NCBI GenBank assembly: GCA_963700635.1
Contig: CAVOYH010000004.1
Location: forward strand, 288,001-352,000
DNA: 64,000 nt
Origin: an uncultured Bacteroidota bacterium
GTDB taxonomy: Bacteria > Bacteroidota > Ignavibacteria > UBA10030 > UBA6906
Reading direction: 5' to 3'
How positions within the stretch are numbered: the first letter of the stretch is position 1; every line of letters starts with the position of its first letter. The notes beneath the pieces are model-generated. The model saw only the letters and a list, made by a program, of their open reading frames with translations. It did not search any database and was not told where the DNA came from. The position numbers were made by a program, and so were the translations under genes. Positions 40,003 through 51,300 of this stretch are shown here, in pieces.

Positions 40003-40764
40003 ATGCACCTACACTATCGGAAGTACGGCTCCGGGCCGGTCCTTATCCTCTTGCACGGACTCTTCGGCTCGCTGAACATCTGGCATTCGCACGCCCGTGC
40101 GTTCAGCAGTCGCTTTACTGTATATGCCGTTGATCAGCGTAACCACGGCATGTCCCCGCACGATCCTGATTCTTCCTATCCTGCCATGGCGGAAGATATT
40201 CACACATTAATGAATGTGCTTGGTATTTCTGACGCCGTCCTGCTTGGGCATTCGATGGGAGGGAAGACGGCCATCCAGTTTGGTGGGATGTATCCCGGGC
40301 GGGCAAACGCGCTTGTCATTGTGGATATCGCGCCGAGAGGTTATCCGGAGGAGCACGGGGAGATATTCAGGGCGCTTCATTCGATCAACCTCGAGACGTT
40401 ATCGCAGAGGGAGGAAGCAGACCGGGCACTGATACCCTTTATTGACGATTCGTCGGTGAGGCGGTTTCTGGTGACCAATATTGTGCGCGATGCACGCGGC
40501 CACTTGCGGTGGAGGATGAACCTCCCCGTCCTTCGCGAATCCTACGGTCTTCTCGCCGGTCCCGTTGACCTTGCCGCACCCTTCCTGAAACCCGCGCTGT
40601 TCATCCGGGGAGAGCGATCCTCGCACATAACGCCGGAGGACGAAGGGCCTATCACACAGCTGTTTCCCGCCGCAAAGTTTCTGACTCTCCCTGGCGCCGG
40701 CCACTGGGTGCCGGCTGACGTGCCGGAGCTCTTTCAGAAAGTTGTTCTTGAGTTTCTGTCCTAA
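40003..40764 (+). CDS. Alpha/beta hydrolase, YbfF/ABHD11-like esterase
   Basis: LHGLFGS, DQRNHG.SPH, GHSMGGK nucleophile elbow, VDIAP and AGHWV. Confidence 0.9.
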   Translation: MHLHYRKYGSGPVLILLHGLFGSLNIWHSHARAFSSRFTVYAVDQRNHGMSPHDPDSSYPAMAEDIHTLMNVLGISDAVLLGHSMGGKTAIQFGGMYPGRANALVIVDIAPRGYPEEHGEIFRALHSINLETLSQREEADRALIPFIDDSSVRRFLVTNIVRDARGHLRWRMNLPVLRESYGLLAGPVDLAAPFLKPALFIRGERSSHITPEDEGPITQLFPAAKFLTLPGAGHWVPADVPELFQKVVLEFLS

Positions 40765-40901
40765 GACTCTGTATGCATGGTGTTCAGGCGACGTTTCCTG
40801 GAACGCCGCATGAAAGATTGGGGGAGTGTCCCGGGGAACCCCCGGGGGGAGTGGGGTTTCTGCAGAATGACGGAAGGGTGTGCGGTGCGGCGCCAGTACC
40901 G

Positions 40902-42146
40902 TCAGAGGAGCTTGCGTCGTACCAGTTCCAGAGCGGCCGCCGCGGCCCGCTCTCGAATAATATCGCGTGTTCCACCGAACTGGTGTCTCACCGCAAGGGC
41001 GCAGGACTCGTCGGCATAACCGATCCAGACCAGGCCGACCGGTTTCTCAGCGGAACCGCCGGATGGCCCGGCAATCCCGGTGACTGAAAGCCCGATGTCG
41101 GTGCCTGCCGCGCGCCGGATTCCGGACGCCATCATTTCCGCCGTTTCCCGGCTCACCGCTCCATGCACGTCGAGAATATCCGACGGCACGCCCAGCATCT
41201 CGATCTTTGATCGATTGCTGTACGTCACCGCACCTCTCTCCACGTATGCCGAGCTGCCTGCGATGCGCGTCAGCTTTTCCAGAATCAGTCCACCAGTGCA
41301 CGACTCTGCAACGGCAATGGTCTTCTTACGCTCGGTCAGGAGGTGCCCCAGGGTTTCCTCCAGTTCCTGTTGCCCCGCGCCGTAAATATATTTCCGGGCT
41401 TTTGAGCGGATCCTCTCTTCAACCTCTCCCACTTTCCGGTCTGCTGCCACCGCATCCGTATCCAGGACGGTAATGCGCAGTTTCACTCCGGCCGGCGAAG
41501 GGAGAAAGGCGAGTTTTGCCCCCTGCAGTAATTCGTCGATGTTCCCGAGCATGGATGCCAGATCACTCTCGGGTATTCCGGTCGTTCGCAGCGTCCGGTG
41601 TCTGATCACTGAACCCTGCACGAGAGAAGCGAGCTTCGGAATGACGCCCGAGTCCATCATCTCCTTCATTTCATAGGGGACTCCGGGCAACACGATAAAA
41701 CGCTTGCTTCCATCTTTGAAGAGCATGCCCGGCGCCGTGCCGAGGGAATTCCAGATCACCTCCGCTTTCCGGGGAACCATCGTTTGTTCTTCGGCAGACG
41801 CGGACCATGTGCGGTTCCTGCGTTTCAGGAATTCGTCAATATGGTTGCCCACGTCAGCGTTGCGCTCAAGCGTGGAATCAAAGAACGTGCACACTGCTTG
41901 TTTTGTGATATCATCGTGTGTGGGGCCAAGTCCGCCGGTAACGATTACAATATCGTGGCGGGTCCACGCATCGGCGAAGGCATCAAGAATAGGCCCCATT
42001 TCATCGGCAACGGTGACCATGCGGGCGACGCGGATATTGATCAGCGTAAGCCGATCAGCGATAAAGGCCTGGTTGGTGTTGAGGATCTGGCCGATCAGCA
42101 GCTCATCGCCGATGGTGAGAATCTCGCTCGTCATCCTTCCGGACAC
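40902..42146 (-). CDS. cinA: Competence/damage-inducible protein CinA (MoCF-binding domain + NMN deamidase)
   Basis: IGDELLIG, TGGLGPTHDDIT, GTAPG, LPGVPYEM, AESCTGG and TGIAGPSGG..EKPVGLV. Confidence 0.95.
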   Translation of the reverse strand: MSGRMTSEILTIGDELLIGQILNTNQAFIADRLTLINIRVARMVTVADEMGPILDAFADAWTRHDIVIVTGGLGPTHDDITKQAVCTFFDSTLERNADVGNHIDEFLKRRNRTWSASAEEQTMVPRKAEVIWNSLGTAPGMLFKDGSKRFIVLPGVPYEMKEMMDSGVIPKLASLVQGSVIRHRTLRTTGIPESDLASMLGNIDELLQGAKLAFLPSPAGVKLRITVLDTDAVAADRKVGEVEERIRSKARKYIYGAGQQELEETLGHLLTERKKTIAVAESCTGGLILEKLTRIAGSSAYVERGAVTYSNRSKIEMLGVPSDILDVHGAVSRETAEMMASGIRRAAGTDIGLSVTGIAGPSGGSAEKPVGLVWIGYADESCALAVRHQFGGTRDIIRERAAAAALELVRRKLL

Positions 42147-42176
42147 CCCCTCTCGTGAGTGAACAGTCGTGTTACG

Positions 42177-42776
42177 CTAAACAAAGGCCCACTGCCATCC
42201 CCACCACCCTGCCCAGGTCAGAAGATTTGCGTAGATTCCGGCAACCACGTCATCCAGCATGATCCCCCAGCCGTTTGGAATCCGTTCCATGTATCGTGCC
42301 GGCTGGGGTTTGAGAATGTCCATGACACGGAAGGCAAAAAATCCTATCAGCATTACGGGAAGTGTTTTCGGGAGGAACAGAAGAGTTACCCACATCCCCA
42401 CGATCTCATCGATGACGACGATAGAAGGATCGGGTGTCGTATGGTCGTCTGGCTGGAAAACCGCTTTTGCACGCCTGGCTGTTTCTGTGAGCTGGTGTCC
42501 CACGGCGTCGGCCACACGGGCGGATGAGAAGACGCCTGCAAAAAACCCGGAAACGATCAGGATGCCGAGCGTAAGTGGGGACTCGAGGCCCGGTATCAGG
42601 TAGATCAGAAGCCCGACCAGGGTTCCGACGGTGCCTGACGCCCAGGGGCTGTAGCCCGAGAAGAATCCCGTTGCGATAAATCGGTGGAGGAATGGAATCG
42701 TGGCTGGCGGCCGGTCAGCTTCGCGGGCGTGTACGGAATCGTTCGGAGAGTTCAAGGAGAGTTTTCCCGTTATCAA
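42177..42776 (-). CDS. pgpA: Phosphatidylglycerophosphatase A
   Basis: GYSPWASGTVGT, DPSIVVIDEIVG, FRVMDILKP and GWGIMLDDVVAG. The start is uncertain because it overlaps the end of pgsA. Confidence 0.92.
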   Translation of the reverse strand: MITGKLSLNSPNDSVHAREADRPPATIPFLHRFIATGFFSGYSPWASGTVGTLVGLLIYLIPGLESPLTLGILIVSGFFAGVFSSARVADAVGHQLTETARRAKAVFQPDDHTTPDPSIVVIDEIVGMWVTLLFLPKTLPVMLIGFFAFRVMDILKPQPARYMERIPNGWGIMLDDVVAGIYANLLTWAGWWGWQWAFV

Positions 42777-43347
42777 AAAGATACGCGATGCCGGTCCCGA
42801 CGGTCGAAAGGGTCACCAGCAGCATCATGCCAAAGAGCACTTGCGGGTGCATAAGACTCTCGATGGTCGGGCCGAACTGCTCATACACCGAAGGTACACT
42901 CCGGGCTACAAAAAGTATAAGGATATAGTAGATAACGACAAATTCGCCGAACGTCTTGGCCTGGGCACCTTTTGATGTGACGATAGGCCGGTCATGGTAT
43001 TCGGCGTAACTCCGCAGACCCGTAATCAGAAAGTCTCTGCCGATGACGATCCAGACCATCCATGCGTCGACAAGGTCAAGATGTACATACGCGAGGAGGG
43101 CGGCAGAGGAAAGGATCTTATCTGCGAGAGGATCGAGGAATTTTCCCCAGCGCGAGGTGTAGTCCAATTTCCTCGCTATCCATCCATCGTACCAGTCGGT
43201 GAGCGCGGCGATGATAAAAATGGCAAGTGAAAGCTGACGGAACAGGGGGCTGTCCGAGAGGAGAAACCAGGCGAACACCGGCGTTAAAGCAATACGCAGC
43301 AGTGTCAGCTGGTTTGGAAGGTTGAGTTCGAGGTGAAGTCTCGGCAT
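42715..43347 (-). CDS. pgsA: CDP-diacylglycerol--glycerol-3-phosphate 3-phosphatidyltransferase
   Basis: NLPNQLTLLRI and the CDP-alcohol phosphotransferase motif TDWYDGWIAR....TSRWGKFLDPLADK, in pgsA-pgpA-cinA order. Confidence 0.92.
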   Translation of the reverse strand: MPRLHLELNLPNQLTLLRIALTPVFAWFLLSDSPLFRQLSLAIFIIAALTDWYDGWIARKLDYTSRWGKFLDPLADKILSSAALLAYVHLDLVDAWMVWIVIGRDFLITGLRSYAEYHDRPIVTSKGAQAKTFGEFVVIYYILILFVARSVPSVYEQFGPTIESLMHPQVLFGMMLLVTLSTVGTGIAYLFDNGKTLLELSERFRTRPRS

Positions 43348-43360
43348 CGCGCTTCTGGGA

Positions 43361-43396
43361 TAAATAAAAAAGCCATCGAACAAAGATGATGGCTTT
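43361..43396 (-). terminator. Rho-independent terminator after rpmB
   Basis: On the minus strand, AAAGCCATC-loop-GATGGCTTT runs into TTTTTTATTT. Confidence 0.75.
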
Positions 43397-43420
43397 GGGA
43401 CAGGATTGTCTGACAACCCG

Positions 43421-43612
43421 TCAGGCGGCCTTCTGCACCTTGTTTGATTTCAGGCAATTCGTGCAGACCGTCAGGCGTTTTGTGCGGCCGTTCACAAGTG
43501 CCCGCACCTCCTGGAGGTTCGGCATCCAGCGCCTGCGCGTGAGGTTATGCGCGTGACTGATATTGTTGCCGCTCATCGGCTTTTTGCCGCAGATATCGCA
43601 AACTCGTGCCAT
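43421..43612 (-). CDS. rpmB: 50S ribosomal protein L28 (Zn-ribbon C+ form)
   Basis: [34 protein letters not shown]...VCTNCLKS. Confidence 0.97.
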   Translation of the reverse strand: MARVCDICGKKPMSGNNISHAHNLTRRRWMPNLQEVRALVNGRTKRLTVCTNCLKSNKVQKAA

Positions 43613-43640
43613 TTTTCATGCCTTTGATTTATAGCATATA

Positions 43641-43669
43641 AATATAGCAGTTCCTGCGAAAAAAAGCAA
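43641..43669 (-). promoter_or_regulatory. sigma70-type promoter for rpmB
   Basis: Minus strand TTGCTT (43669-43664), 17 bp, TATATT (43646-43641). Confidence 0.6.
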
Positions 43670-43907
43670 GGAGAAAAGGATCCCGCGTGAAAGGGACCTG
43701 ATCTACCCTTGCCAGTCAATGCGAGGCAGAACAGCAGGGGGAAACGAGCAATTCGGATTTCGCCCTTCTGCCCTGTATATATTGCGGGGCTTCTCGGGCC
43801 GGCTGCCCTGAGGGGTTTAGCAGGCTGTGCCCCCCCCTAATGAAACCAGAAGAAAATCCGTCCACTGCCTTGTGCAACCCTTTCATGCCCACCCGGGGGG
43901 AGCCGCC

Positions 43908-45167
43908 ATGACCATCAAGAGGATCACCTGTCTGATCGCAGGCCCCGCTCTTGCCGCCTTTGCTCTGTTGATCCCGGCGTGGATGTCTTTTCTTAATACC
44001 GCCCCGAAAACCGGCCCGGAAGAGGCATTGATCATTGACAGGTCAGGAGAAATTGTTTTTCCCGTTCGTGCGGCTATCGCCCGCAAGCAGATCCTGGTCA
44101 AACGCCTCTCGACCAGCGGTACACTACGCGCCCGGCGTGAGGTCGAAATCCGATCCCGTGTTGCCGGGTGTCTCACCGGCGTATCTGCGTACAACGGAAA
44201 GTTTGTCAACCGGGGAGAACCCCTTGCCACCATCGATGACCGTGCGTACCGTCTTGCGTTCGATCGAGCCAGAGCAAACCTCCTGAATGCTCAGATCGAG
44301 TTTAGAACCCTCAGCGCGACACCCTTCCTTGTGGCATCCGACTCCCTGGAGACCCAACGCCGGCGAGAAACGGAGATGCTCCGGATCGATACACTCCGCC
44401 AGATGTATGACTCGGGTCACCTTGACGACGAGGCGTACGCACGACTGTACCGCGAGCGGGAAGCTGCACTGGCCTATCTTACCGCCAACCGGGGCGACGT
44501 GATCGCCGGACGCAGCGGACTTGCACAATCACGGGAGGCATTCGAAACGGCGAACCTGAATCTGCAGGGGACACGCGTCGCAGCGCCGTTTCCGGGGCAT
44601 GTGGCCGATTGCCTCCTCGTCCCGGACATGCATGTGGGGGAGGGACAACTCCTCCTGAAGCTCCTTGATCTTTCGGCACTCCTTGTCGATGTGGATATTC
44701 TGGAAAGTGAAGTCGGCAGAATTGTTGTCGGACAGAAAGCCCGGATTCAGGTTGTCGGATTTCCCGGAAGACAATTTTATGGCTCTGTCCTCCATCGTAA
44801 TCCTCTTGTGGATGTGAAATCCAGGACGATGAGGGTGACCATCGTCCTCGAGTCCGGACGCCGGGGGAGGTCATCTCCGCTGGTATTCCTGCGACCCGGG
44901 ATGTTTGCGACCGTGTTTGTGGAGACGGATGTCCTCTATGACCGGCTTGTCGTTCCGCGTGTTGCCGTCCTGGAGCGCGACGAACGTAGTCTGGTGTTTA
45001 CCCTCGAAGGATCTCTCGCAAAGTGGCACTACGTGGAAACGGGAGAGAGGAACGAAGAGTTCGTTGAAATCCTGGACGGCCTGGGAGCCGGCGATACCGT
45101 CATGATTGACGGTCACCATACCCTTGCGCACGACGCACGGGTCTCGATCACCAACAGATTGCCGTAA
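43908..45167 (+). CDS. RND efflux periplasmic adaptor (MFP) with extended helical hairpin
   Basis: N-terminal TM, lipoyl motifs, APFPG.VA, LRPGMFA and VPRVAV. The coiled region is longer than in the MFP at 35846. Confidence 0.9.
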   Translation: MTIKRITCLIAGPALAAFALLIPAWMSFLNTAPKTGPEEALIIDRSGEIVFPVRAAIARKQILVKRLSTSGTLRARREVEIRSRVAGCLTGVSAYNGKFVNRGEPLATIDDRAYRLAFDRARANLLNAQIEFRTLSATPFLVASDSLETQRRRETEMLRIDTLRQMYDSGHLDDEAYARLYREREAALAYLTANRGDVIAGRSGLAQSREAFETANLNLQGTRVAAPFPGHVADCLLVPDMHVGEGQLLLKLLDLSALLVDVDILESEVGRIVVGQKARIQVVGFPGRQFYGSVLHRNPLVDVKSRTMRVTIVLESGRRGRSSPLVFLRPGMFATVFVETDVLYDRLVVPRVAVLERDERSLVFTLEGSLAKWHYVETGERNEEFVEILDGLGAGDTVMIDGHHTLAHDARVSITNRLP

Positions 45168-45182
45168 GTTCCTGGATAGCAA

Positions 45183-48100
45183 ATGAGCCTCGCGTCTATC
45201 GCCGTCCGGCGACCCGTAACCACTCTGATGCTGTACACGGGAATTGTGCTGCTGGGACTCGTTGCACTGTTCAATCTGCCTGTCGATTTTCTGCCCACCA
45301 TTCAGATCCCGAAGGTCACCGTTCAGACATTTTATCCCGGTACGTCTCCCGCAGAGGTGGAGTTTGTGGTCACCCAGCCGATCGAATCCTCGCTGGGTAC
45401 TGTGGCGGGAGTGAAGAAGATCCGTTCGATCACACGTGAGGGCTTGTCTGTCGTTACGGTGGAGTTCTACTGGGGCACCAGCATGGACTTCGCCGTGCTT
45501 GAGATCCGGGAGAAGCTGGACCAGGTACGGTGGGCCTTTCCCGTTGAGGTGGGACGACCTGCTATTCTCCGCGTGGACCCGTCGGTGGAACCCATCATGA
45601 CGATTGCCGTCTCCTCGTTGAGATTCTCATCAGGGGATGAAACCCGGGAACTGGCTGAGGTCAATGAGATCGCCCGGACGCTGCTGAAACGCCGGATTGA
45701 ACAGGTTGACGGCGTGGCCCAGGCTGCCGTCATCGGGGGAGTCGAGCGCGAGGTCCATGTTGATGTTCATCTCCCCGTGCTCCGGGCACTCGGCATTGGT
45801 ATCGATCAGGTGTCAGAGGCCCTCGCCGCGGCAAACGTGAATCTCCCGGGAGGGAGCATACGGCAGGGACTGTTCAGGTATGCGTTACGAACAGCGGGTG
45901 AATGTAAGGACCTTGACGACATCCGCAACGTGGTGATCTGCCGGACCGGCGCGGGTCGGCAGATCCGGATTGCCGATTGCGCAACAGTCCGGGACGCACA
46001 CCGGGAACGTTCTGGACTCACGCGGTACAACGGGCGTGAAGTGATCGTCATACAGGTCCGGAAAGAAGCGGACGCCAACACCGTAAGGGTTTCCCGTTCG
46101 GTGCACTCCGTCCTGGATCAGTTGCAGAATGAAAATCCGGGCCTTTCGCTCATGGTCATCGCCGACCACGCGGAATTCATCGCTCAATCCGTCAGCGATG
46201 TCCAGGACGCCATTGCCATCGGGGCGCTGCTGGCGTCGGTCGTCCTGTTCTATTTCCTGAAGCAGCCCAGGTACCCGCTCATTATCGGCCTGACCATACC
46301 GGTGTCCATTCTTGCGACGATCGTTGTTATGCATTTCCTTCGGATCAACCTGAACGTCATATCTCTGACGGGTCTTGCACTGGGAATAGGAATGCTGGGA
46401 GACAACGCAATTGTGCTGATTGAGAATGTGTCCCGCCTGCGGGAGCAAGGAATGCCGCTTGTCGATGCCACACTGGAAGGGGCACGGGAGATCGGGACGG
46501 CGGTGACAGCCTCAACGCTTACCAACGTCGCGATCTTCCTGCCAATCATGTTCGTGGAAGGTGTAGCCGCACAGTTGTTCGCTGATATGGGAGCAACGAT
46601 GACGATTTCCCTTATGGTGTCGTTGCTCGTGGCAGTGACTCTCGTTCCGATGCTGGTCTCTCGCGAAGGCTTCCGGGGTAGCCGGTCGGTCAGGAGGCTC
46701 GGGCGCATGGTACCCGTGAACCGGGAGAGTGCCATCTGGAGGAGGGTGACGCCTTCCTTGAATATAGAGAGGCTCGACGAGAGTTTGCATCAGGGTGTAG
46801 GGTGGTATTTGACCTGGGCCCTTGATCATCGTGCCGCGGTGCTGTGGACGGCCGTCGTTCTTCTCGTGTGCGCCATAATCATTGCCCTTCATATTCCCGC
46901 TGAACCTGCACCGGACATCGATCAACGCCGGTTCATCGTGCAGGTCCGCTTGCCGCGGGGAACGTCTCTTGAGGGGACCAGCAACTTCTCTCGCTCCATC
47001 GAAGCCCCTCTGGAGGCCATGCAGGGCGTTCGGGGAGTGTTCGCGCGTGTAGGTGCCACGGAGGGAGATGTCTTTGCGCACGTCCATGAGGCATCATCTG
47101 AGGTGGCGTTTCTTGAGGTGATCCTGCAGGAGCAGGCTGCGGCTCCGGTGATCATGGATGCGGCAAGGACATTTCTGCAGCATCTTTCGGCATCAACCGA
47201 TGGGATCGAATATTCTGTAAAACCCCGCGGAACCTCCTTTGAACAGATTCTGAGACCGGAACCAAATGATGTATGCTGCAACATCGTCGGCCATGACATG
47301 GCAGCGGTGGAACGGCTCGCCGGTCTTTACGCGCAGAAAATCCAACGTATTCCCGGTCTGGTAGATCTCCGCCTGTCTCTACAGGAAGGCACTCCGGAAC
47401 ATCACATTACGATCGATCGCGAAGCAGCGGGTCGTCACGGATTGAGCGTGCGGGAGGTCGCCACGCATCTGATGCGCACGGTGCGCGGAAACGAAGCATC
47501 GTCGTTGAGTGATTTCGACAGGAAGGTCACGATCCGCGTAAAGCCCTCGGCCGGGAACCGGGGCGATGTCAGCGCTGTGCTTGAGTCGTATGTGGGTGCG
47601 GGAGAGAACGCGGTCCCTGTCCGGTCAGTCACAACGTGGAAAGAGACTCGCGGGTATGCGGAGATCTGGCGGGAGAATCAGCAGCGGACTCATGTTCTCG
47701 TGGCGAATGTGAGCGGGCGATCGGTGGGAAAGGTCGTACGCGATATGGAAGATGCGGCCAAAGAGCTTCATCTGCCGCCGGGGTATTCCATTTTCATAGG
47801 CGGCGAAAACGAAGAGATCCGTGAATCCTTCCTGGGGCTGTCTGTCGTGATCCTTCTCTCCCTGTTTCTTGTCTTTATGATCCTCGCCGCGGAGTATGAG
47901 TCCATCCTGTATCCGCTCGTCATACTGTTGACGAGCCCGCTCGCATTCATCGGAGCAATATTCGCCATGGGCATAACCGGACAACACTTTAATGTCATGT
48001 CGCTTGTGGGATTGGTGATCATGATCGGTGCGGTGGATAACGACGCCGTTATCGTGGTGGATCTGATTACAGGCCTGCGGCGTGATGGTATCGCGCTCCG

Positions 48101-48347
48101 GGAAGCCATTGTCAGGGGGATGCAGCAACGGCTGCGGCCGATACTCATGACAACCACAACGACGGTTCTGGGGATCATCCCACTGGTGTTCGAATTCGGG
48201 TCGGGGTCGGAACTCGTGCGGGCGCTGACCGTGCCACTGGTGGGTGGGCTTGTCGCCTCCACGCTGTTTACGGTGGCGGTGATTCCGGCTGTGTATGCGT
48301 CGATTGATCAATGGGCAGTGGGAATGAGGGGAAGTGTGCGGACATGA
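45183..48347 (+). CDS. RND permease subunit 1 (AcrB/AcrD/AcrF family)
   Basis: VRRPVTT, LPVDFLP, GMLGDNAIVLIENV and RLRPILMTT, with a 12-TM RND layout. Confidence 0.93.
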   Translation: MSLASIAVRRPVTTLMLYTGIVLLGLVALFNLPVDFLPTIQIPKVTVQTFYPGTSPAEVEFVVTQPIESSLGTVAGVKKIRSITREGLSVVTVEFYWGTSMDFAVLEIREKLDQVRWAFPVEVGRPAILRVDPSVEPIMTIAVSSLRFSSGDETRELAEVNEIARTLLKRRIEQVDGVAQAAVIGGVEREVHVDVHLPVLRALGIGIDQVSEALAAANVNLPGGSIRQGLFRYALRTAGECKDLDDIRNVVICRTGAGRQIRIADCATVRDAHRERSGLTRYNGREVIVIQVRKEADANTVRVSRSVHSVLDQLQNENPGLSLMVIADHAEFIAQSVSDVQDAIAIGALLASVVLFYFLKQPRYPLIIGLTIPVSILATIVVMHFLRINLNVISLTGLALGIGMLGDNAIVLIENVSRLREQGMPLVDATLEGAREIGTAVTASTLTNVAIFLPIMFVEGVAAQLFADMGATMTISLMVSLLVAVTLVPMLVSREGFRGSRSVRRLGRMVPVNRESAIWRRVTPSLNIERLDESLHQGVGWYLTWALDHRAAVLWTAVVLLVCAIIIALHIPAEPAPDIDQRRFIVQVRLPRGTSLEGTSNFSRSIEAPLEAMQGVRGVFARVGATEGDVFAHVHEASSEVAFLEVILQEQAAAPVIMDAARTFLQHLSASTDGIEYSVKPRGTSFEQILRPEPNDVCCNIVGHDMAAVERLAGLYAQKIQRIPGLVDLRLSLQEGTPEHHITIDREAAGRHGLSVREVATHLMRTVRGNEASSLSDFDRKVTIRVKPSAGNRGDVSAVLESYVGAGENAVPVRSVTTWKETRGYAEIWRENQQRTHVLVANVSGRSVGKVVRDMEDAAKELHLPPGYSIFIGGENEEIRESFLGLSVVILLSLFLVFMILAAEYESILYPLVILLTSPLAFIGAIFAMGITGQHFNVMSLVGLVIMIGAVDNDAVIVVDLITGLRRDGIALREAIVRGMQQRLRPILMTTTTTVLGIIPLVFEFGSGSELVRALTVPLVGGLVASTLFTVAVIPAVYASIDQWAVGMRGSVRT

Positions 48348-51300
48348 TTGAACGTTTCACGCAGTTTCTTATCCACCGGCCTGTCGCGGTCTCGACGGTT
48401 TATGCAGCGCTTGTGGCCTCAGGTCTGTTTGCTCTGGAACGGCTCCCTGTTGATCTCACACCTGCCGTCGATTTTCCAGCACTTTCAATCCAGACAGCCT
48501 GGCCCGGCGTCCCCGCCGAAACCGTGGAAATGATCCTCACATCACCTATTGAAGAGACCGCTCATACGATCCCCGGTATACGAAGGGTGAGTTCTGTCTC
48601 TTCCGAAGGGCACTCACGGGTTCACGCCGAATTCGAACCGAAGACAAAAATGGACTTCGCCCGTCTTGAATTATACGAGAAACTGGCGGCACTTGTCCGA
48701 ACCCTGCCCCCCGGAATCGGGTCTCCGGCTCTTGATCCGTATGTGCCCGAGGATCTCCGGGATCTTCACGGCTTTATGAGTTATTCGCTTGTGGGAACCC
48801 AGTCCGCCTCTGTCCTGAGGAATCTGGGACAGGGAGAGATTGCCCCGCGTCTGCGCTCGATCCGGGGTGTGGCGGATGTGGTCGTGCTCGGGGGCGAGGA
48901 AGAAGAGGTACACATTGAGCTTGATGCACAGAAAATTCTCTCCCTTGGACTCCGAGTTGAAGAGTTGACGGCCGGGCTCAACACGCTGGAGTACAATGCG
49001 CCGGTCGGGGTGCTCTCACGCAGTTCAACCCGCGAGATTGTCTCCGTCCGGACAGCGGATCTCACGCTGGACAGGCTCAAGCGGGTACCCATAACACACA
49101 CGTCAAGCGGCTCGCCGGTTCGGCTTGGAGACATCGCCACGGTGAGCCTGACAACCGGCGAAAAGACGGGATTGTTCAGGATCAACGGGAAGGCCAGCGT
49201 GACAATTCGGATAGACAAGGATCCGTCAGTGAATACGCTGAGGCTTGCAGACGGAGTCTCTGCCCGCATCCAAGAGCTCCGGAGTTTACTGCCTGAGGGA
49301 GTGGAATTGATCCTAGAATCGGACACGAGCCGGGACATGCGTGCAGAGCTGGCGGCCCTCTATCGGGATAGTGTCCTTTCGATCCTGTGCATTCTGATTG
49401 TGTTATTCCTGTTCCTCGGTCATTGGAACGCGCCTCTTGTCGTATTCTCCTCGATTCTTTTTTCCCTTGCAGGCACTTTTCTGCTGTTCTGGTTGCTCGG
49501 CATCGGGCTGCATTTGTTCAGTCTGGCCGGACTGATACTGGGCTCTGGCCGGCTGGTGGACGACTCGATCGTGGTACTGGACAATATTCAGAGGAGGGGC
49601 GCACTGGATACGTCGCGAACGGCGATTCCTTCTGCTATGGCGGAGATAGCCCTGCCGGTCATCGCGTCAACCGGGACCACCATCGGTGCCCTGTTACCAA
49701 CGGGTTTCCTCCCGGCAGACCTGAAGCCCTACTTCTTCCAGTTCGCTCTGGCCGTTGGTGTATCACTTGTGATGTCGCTGGTGGTGTCCTGCACGCTTAT
49801 CCCTGTGATAGCGCACAGGGTGCGGCTGTCACCCCTGCTGCCTGATGTGTACGCGGGCGCGGGAGAATGGGGAATGCGGACATATGCATGGCTCCTGCGG
49901 AAAGTGCTCACGCACCGGCTGGTTGTGATGTTTGTCGTACTCTGGTTGTTTGGCATTCCCATCTGGCTGCTGCCGGAAAACAGCAACGTCCCCGGATTCC
50001 CCGGGCATGTCTACAACACCGTTTTTGGAAGCGGCTGGTATCGGGCGGCTCGGCCGTATCTGAATCAGATTCTGGGAGGGAGTTGTTTTCTTTTTTTTAC
50101 GAAGGTGCGGATGGGTGAGGTGTGGGAGTATCAACGGGAGACCTACCTGATCGTCCGTGTGACGTTCCCGCAGGGAATGGACCTGCACCGTTGTGATGAC
50201 ATTGCAAAGGCCGTCGAATCGGAGGCGCTGAGTTTTGGTGCACACATCGAAAAGGTGACGTGCCTCGTGGAGCAGGATTATGCGTTTATTCGCATTACCA
50301 TTCCCGATGCGCGTGCCAGTACGGAGATCCCTTTTATCGTCAAGAATCGATTGACGAAGTTGGCCTCGCAAACGGGCGGGGCTTCGATAGGCATCTGGGG
50401 CTTCGGACCCGGGTTCACCAGCGGGGGTGAGACCCCACCCACATTTGCCGTAAGGGTTCTCGGATACAATTATGAGAGGGTGAAAGTAATCGCGGAAAGA
50501 ATCCGGACCCGGCTCGAAGCAAATCCCCGGATTGCTGATGTGGATATCAACCGTTCCTGGACAGGACAACGGGGAAAGGCGGCGGAGGTGGTTGCATACG
50601 TAGACCGGCTCGAAGCGGCCCGGCATGATATCCCTGTGGCAGAGCTTGTGAACGCCATCCGGACCCACACCCCGGGAGCAGTTCACCGGAACCGATTGAC
50701 GATCGACGGGATACGGGTGCCGTACACCGTGAAGTTTGCAGGATATCAGGAGTGTAGTGCGGAGGAGTTACAGAACGTCATGATCACAGGCAGGGAAAGG
50801 CAGACTGTACGACTGCTTGGGCTTCTCTCGCTTCGCAAACACCCGACACCCGGAGAGATCCTGCGGGAAAACCGGAGCTATGTCCGGTGGATTTCCTTTG
50901 AATACCGGGGACCACTTCGGCACGCCATTTCATTCGTCGATGCATCCATCCGGGCCACGGTGTTGCCACACGGTTACCGGGTTGACCGGTCGGCCTCAGG
51001 CTTTACCTTCTCGGAAAACGACAGGGACTGGTTGCTGCTCACGGCCGGAATTGCGCTGGCGCTGGTGTATATGATCACGGCATCCCTCTACGAATCATTC
51101 AAGAACCCCCTCCTCATCATTCTCGCTGTGCCGTTTTCCTTGATAGGGCTCTTTCAGGCATACTATCTCACGGACACTCCGTTCGGGCGGGGCGGATACG
51201 CCGCGGTTTTCCTCCTGATCGGCATTGTGGTTACGAACAGCATCATGCTCGTGGATTGCCTCTCACGCCAGTGCGGCCGGCATGGCTGCACGGTAGAAAC

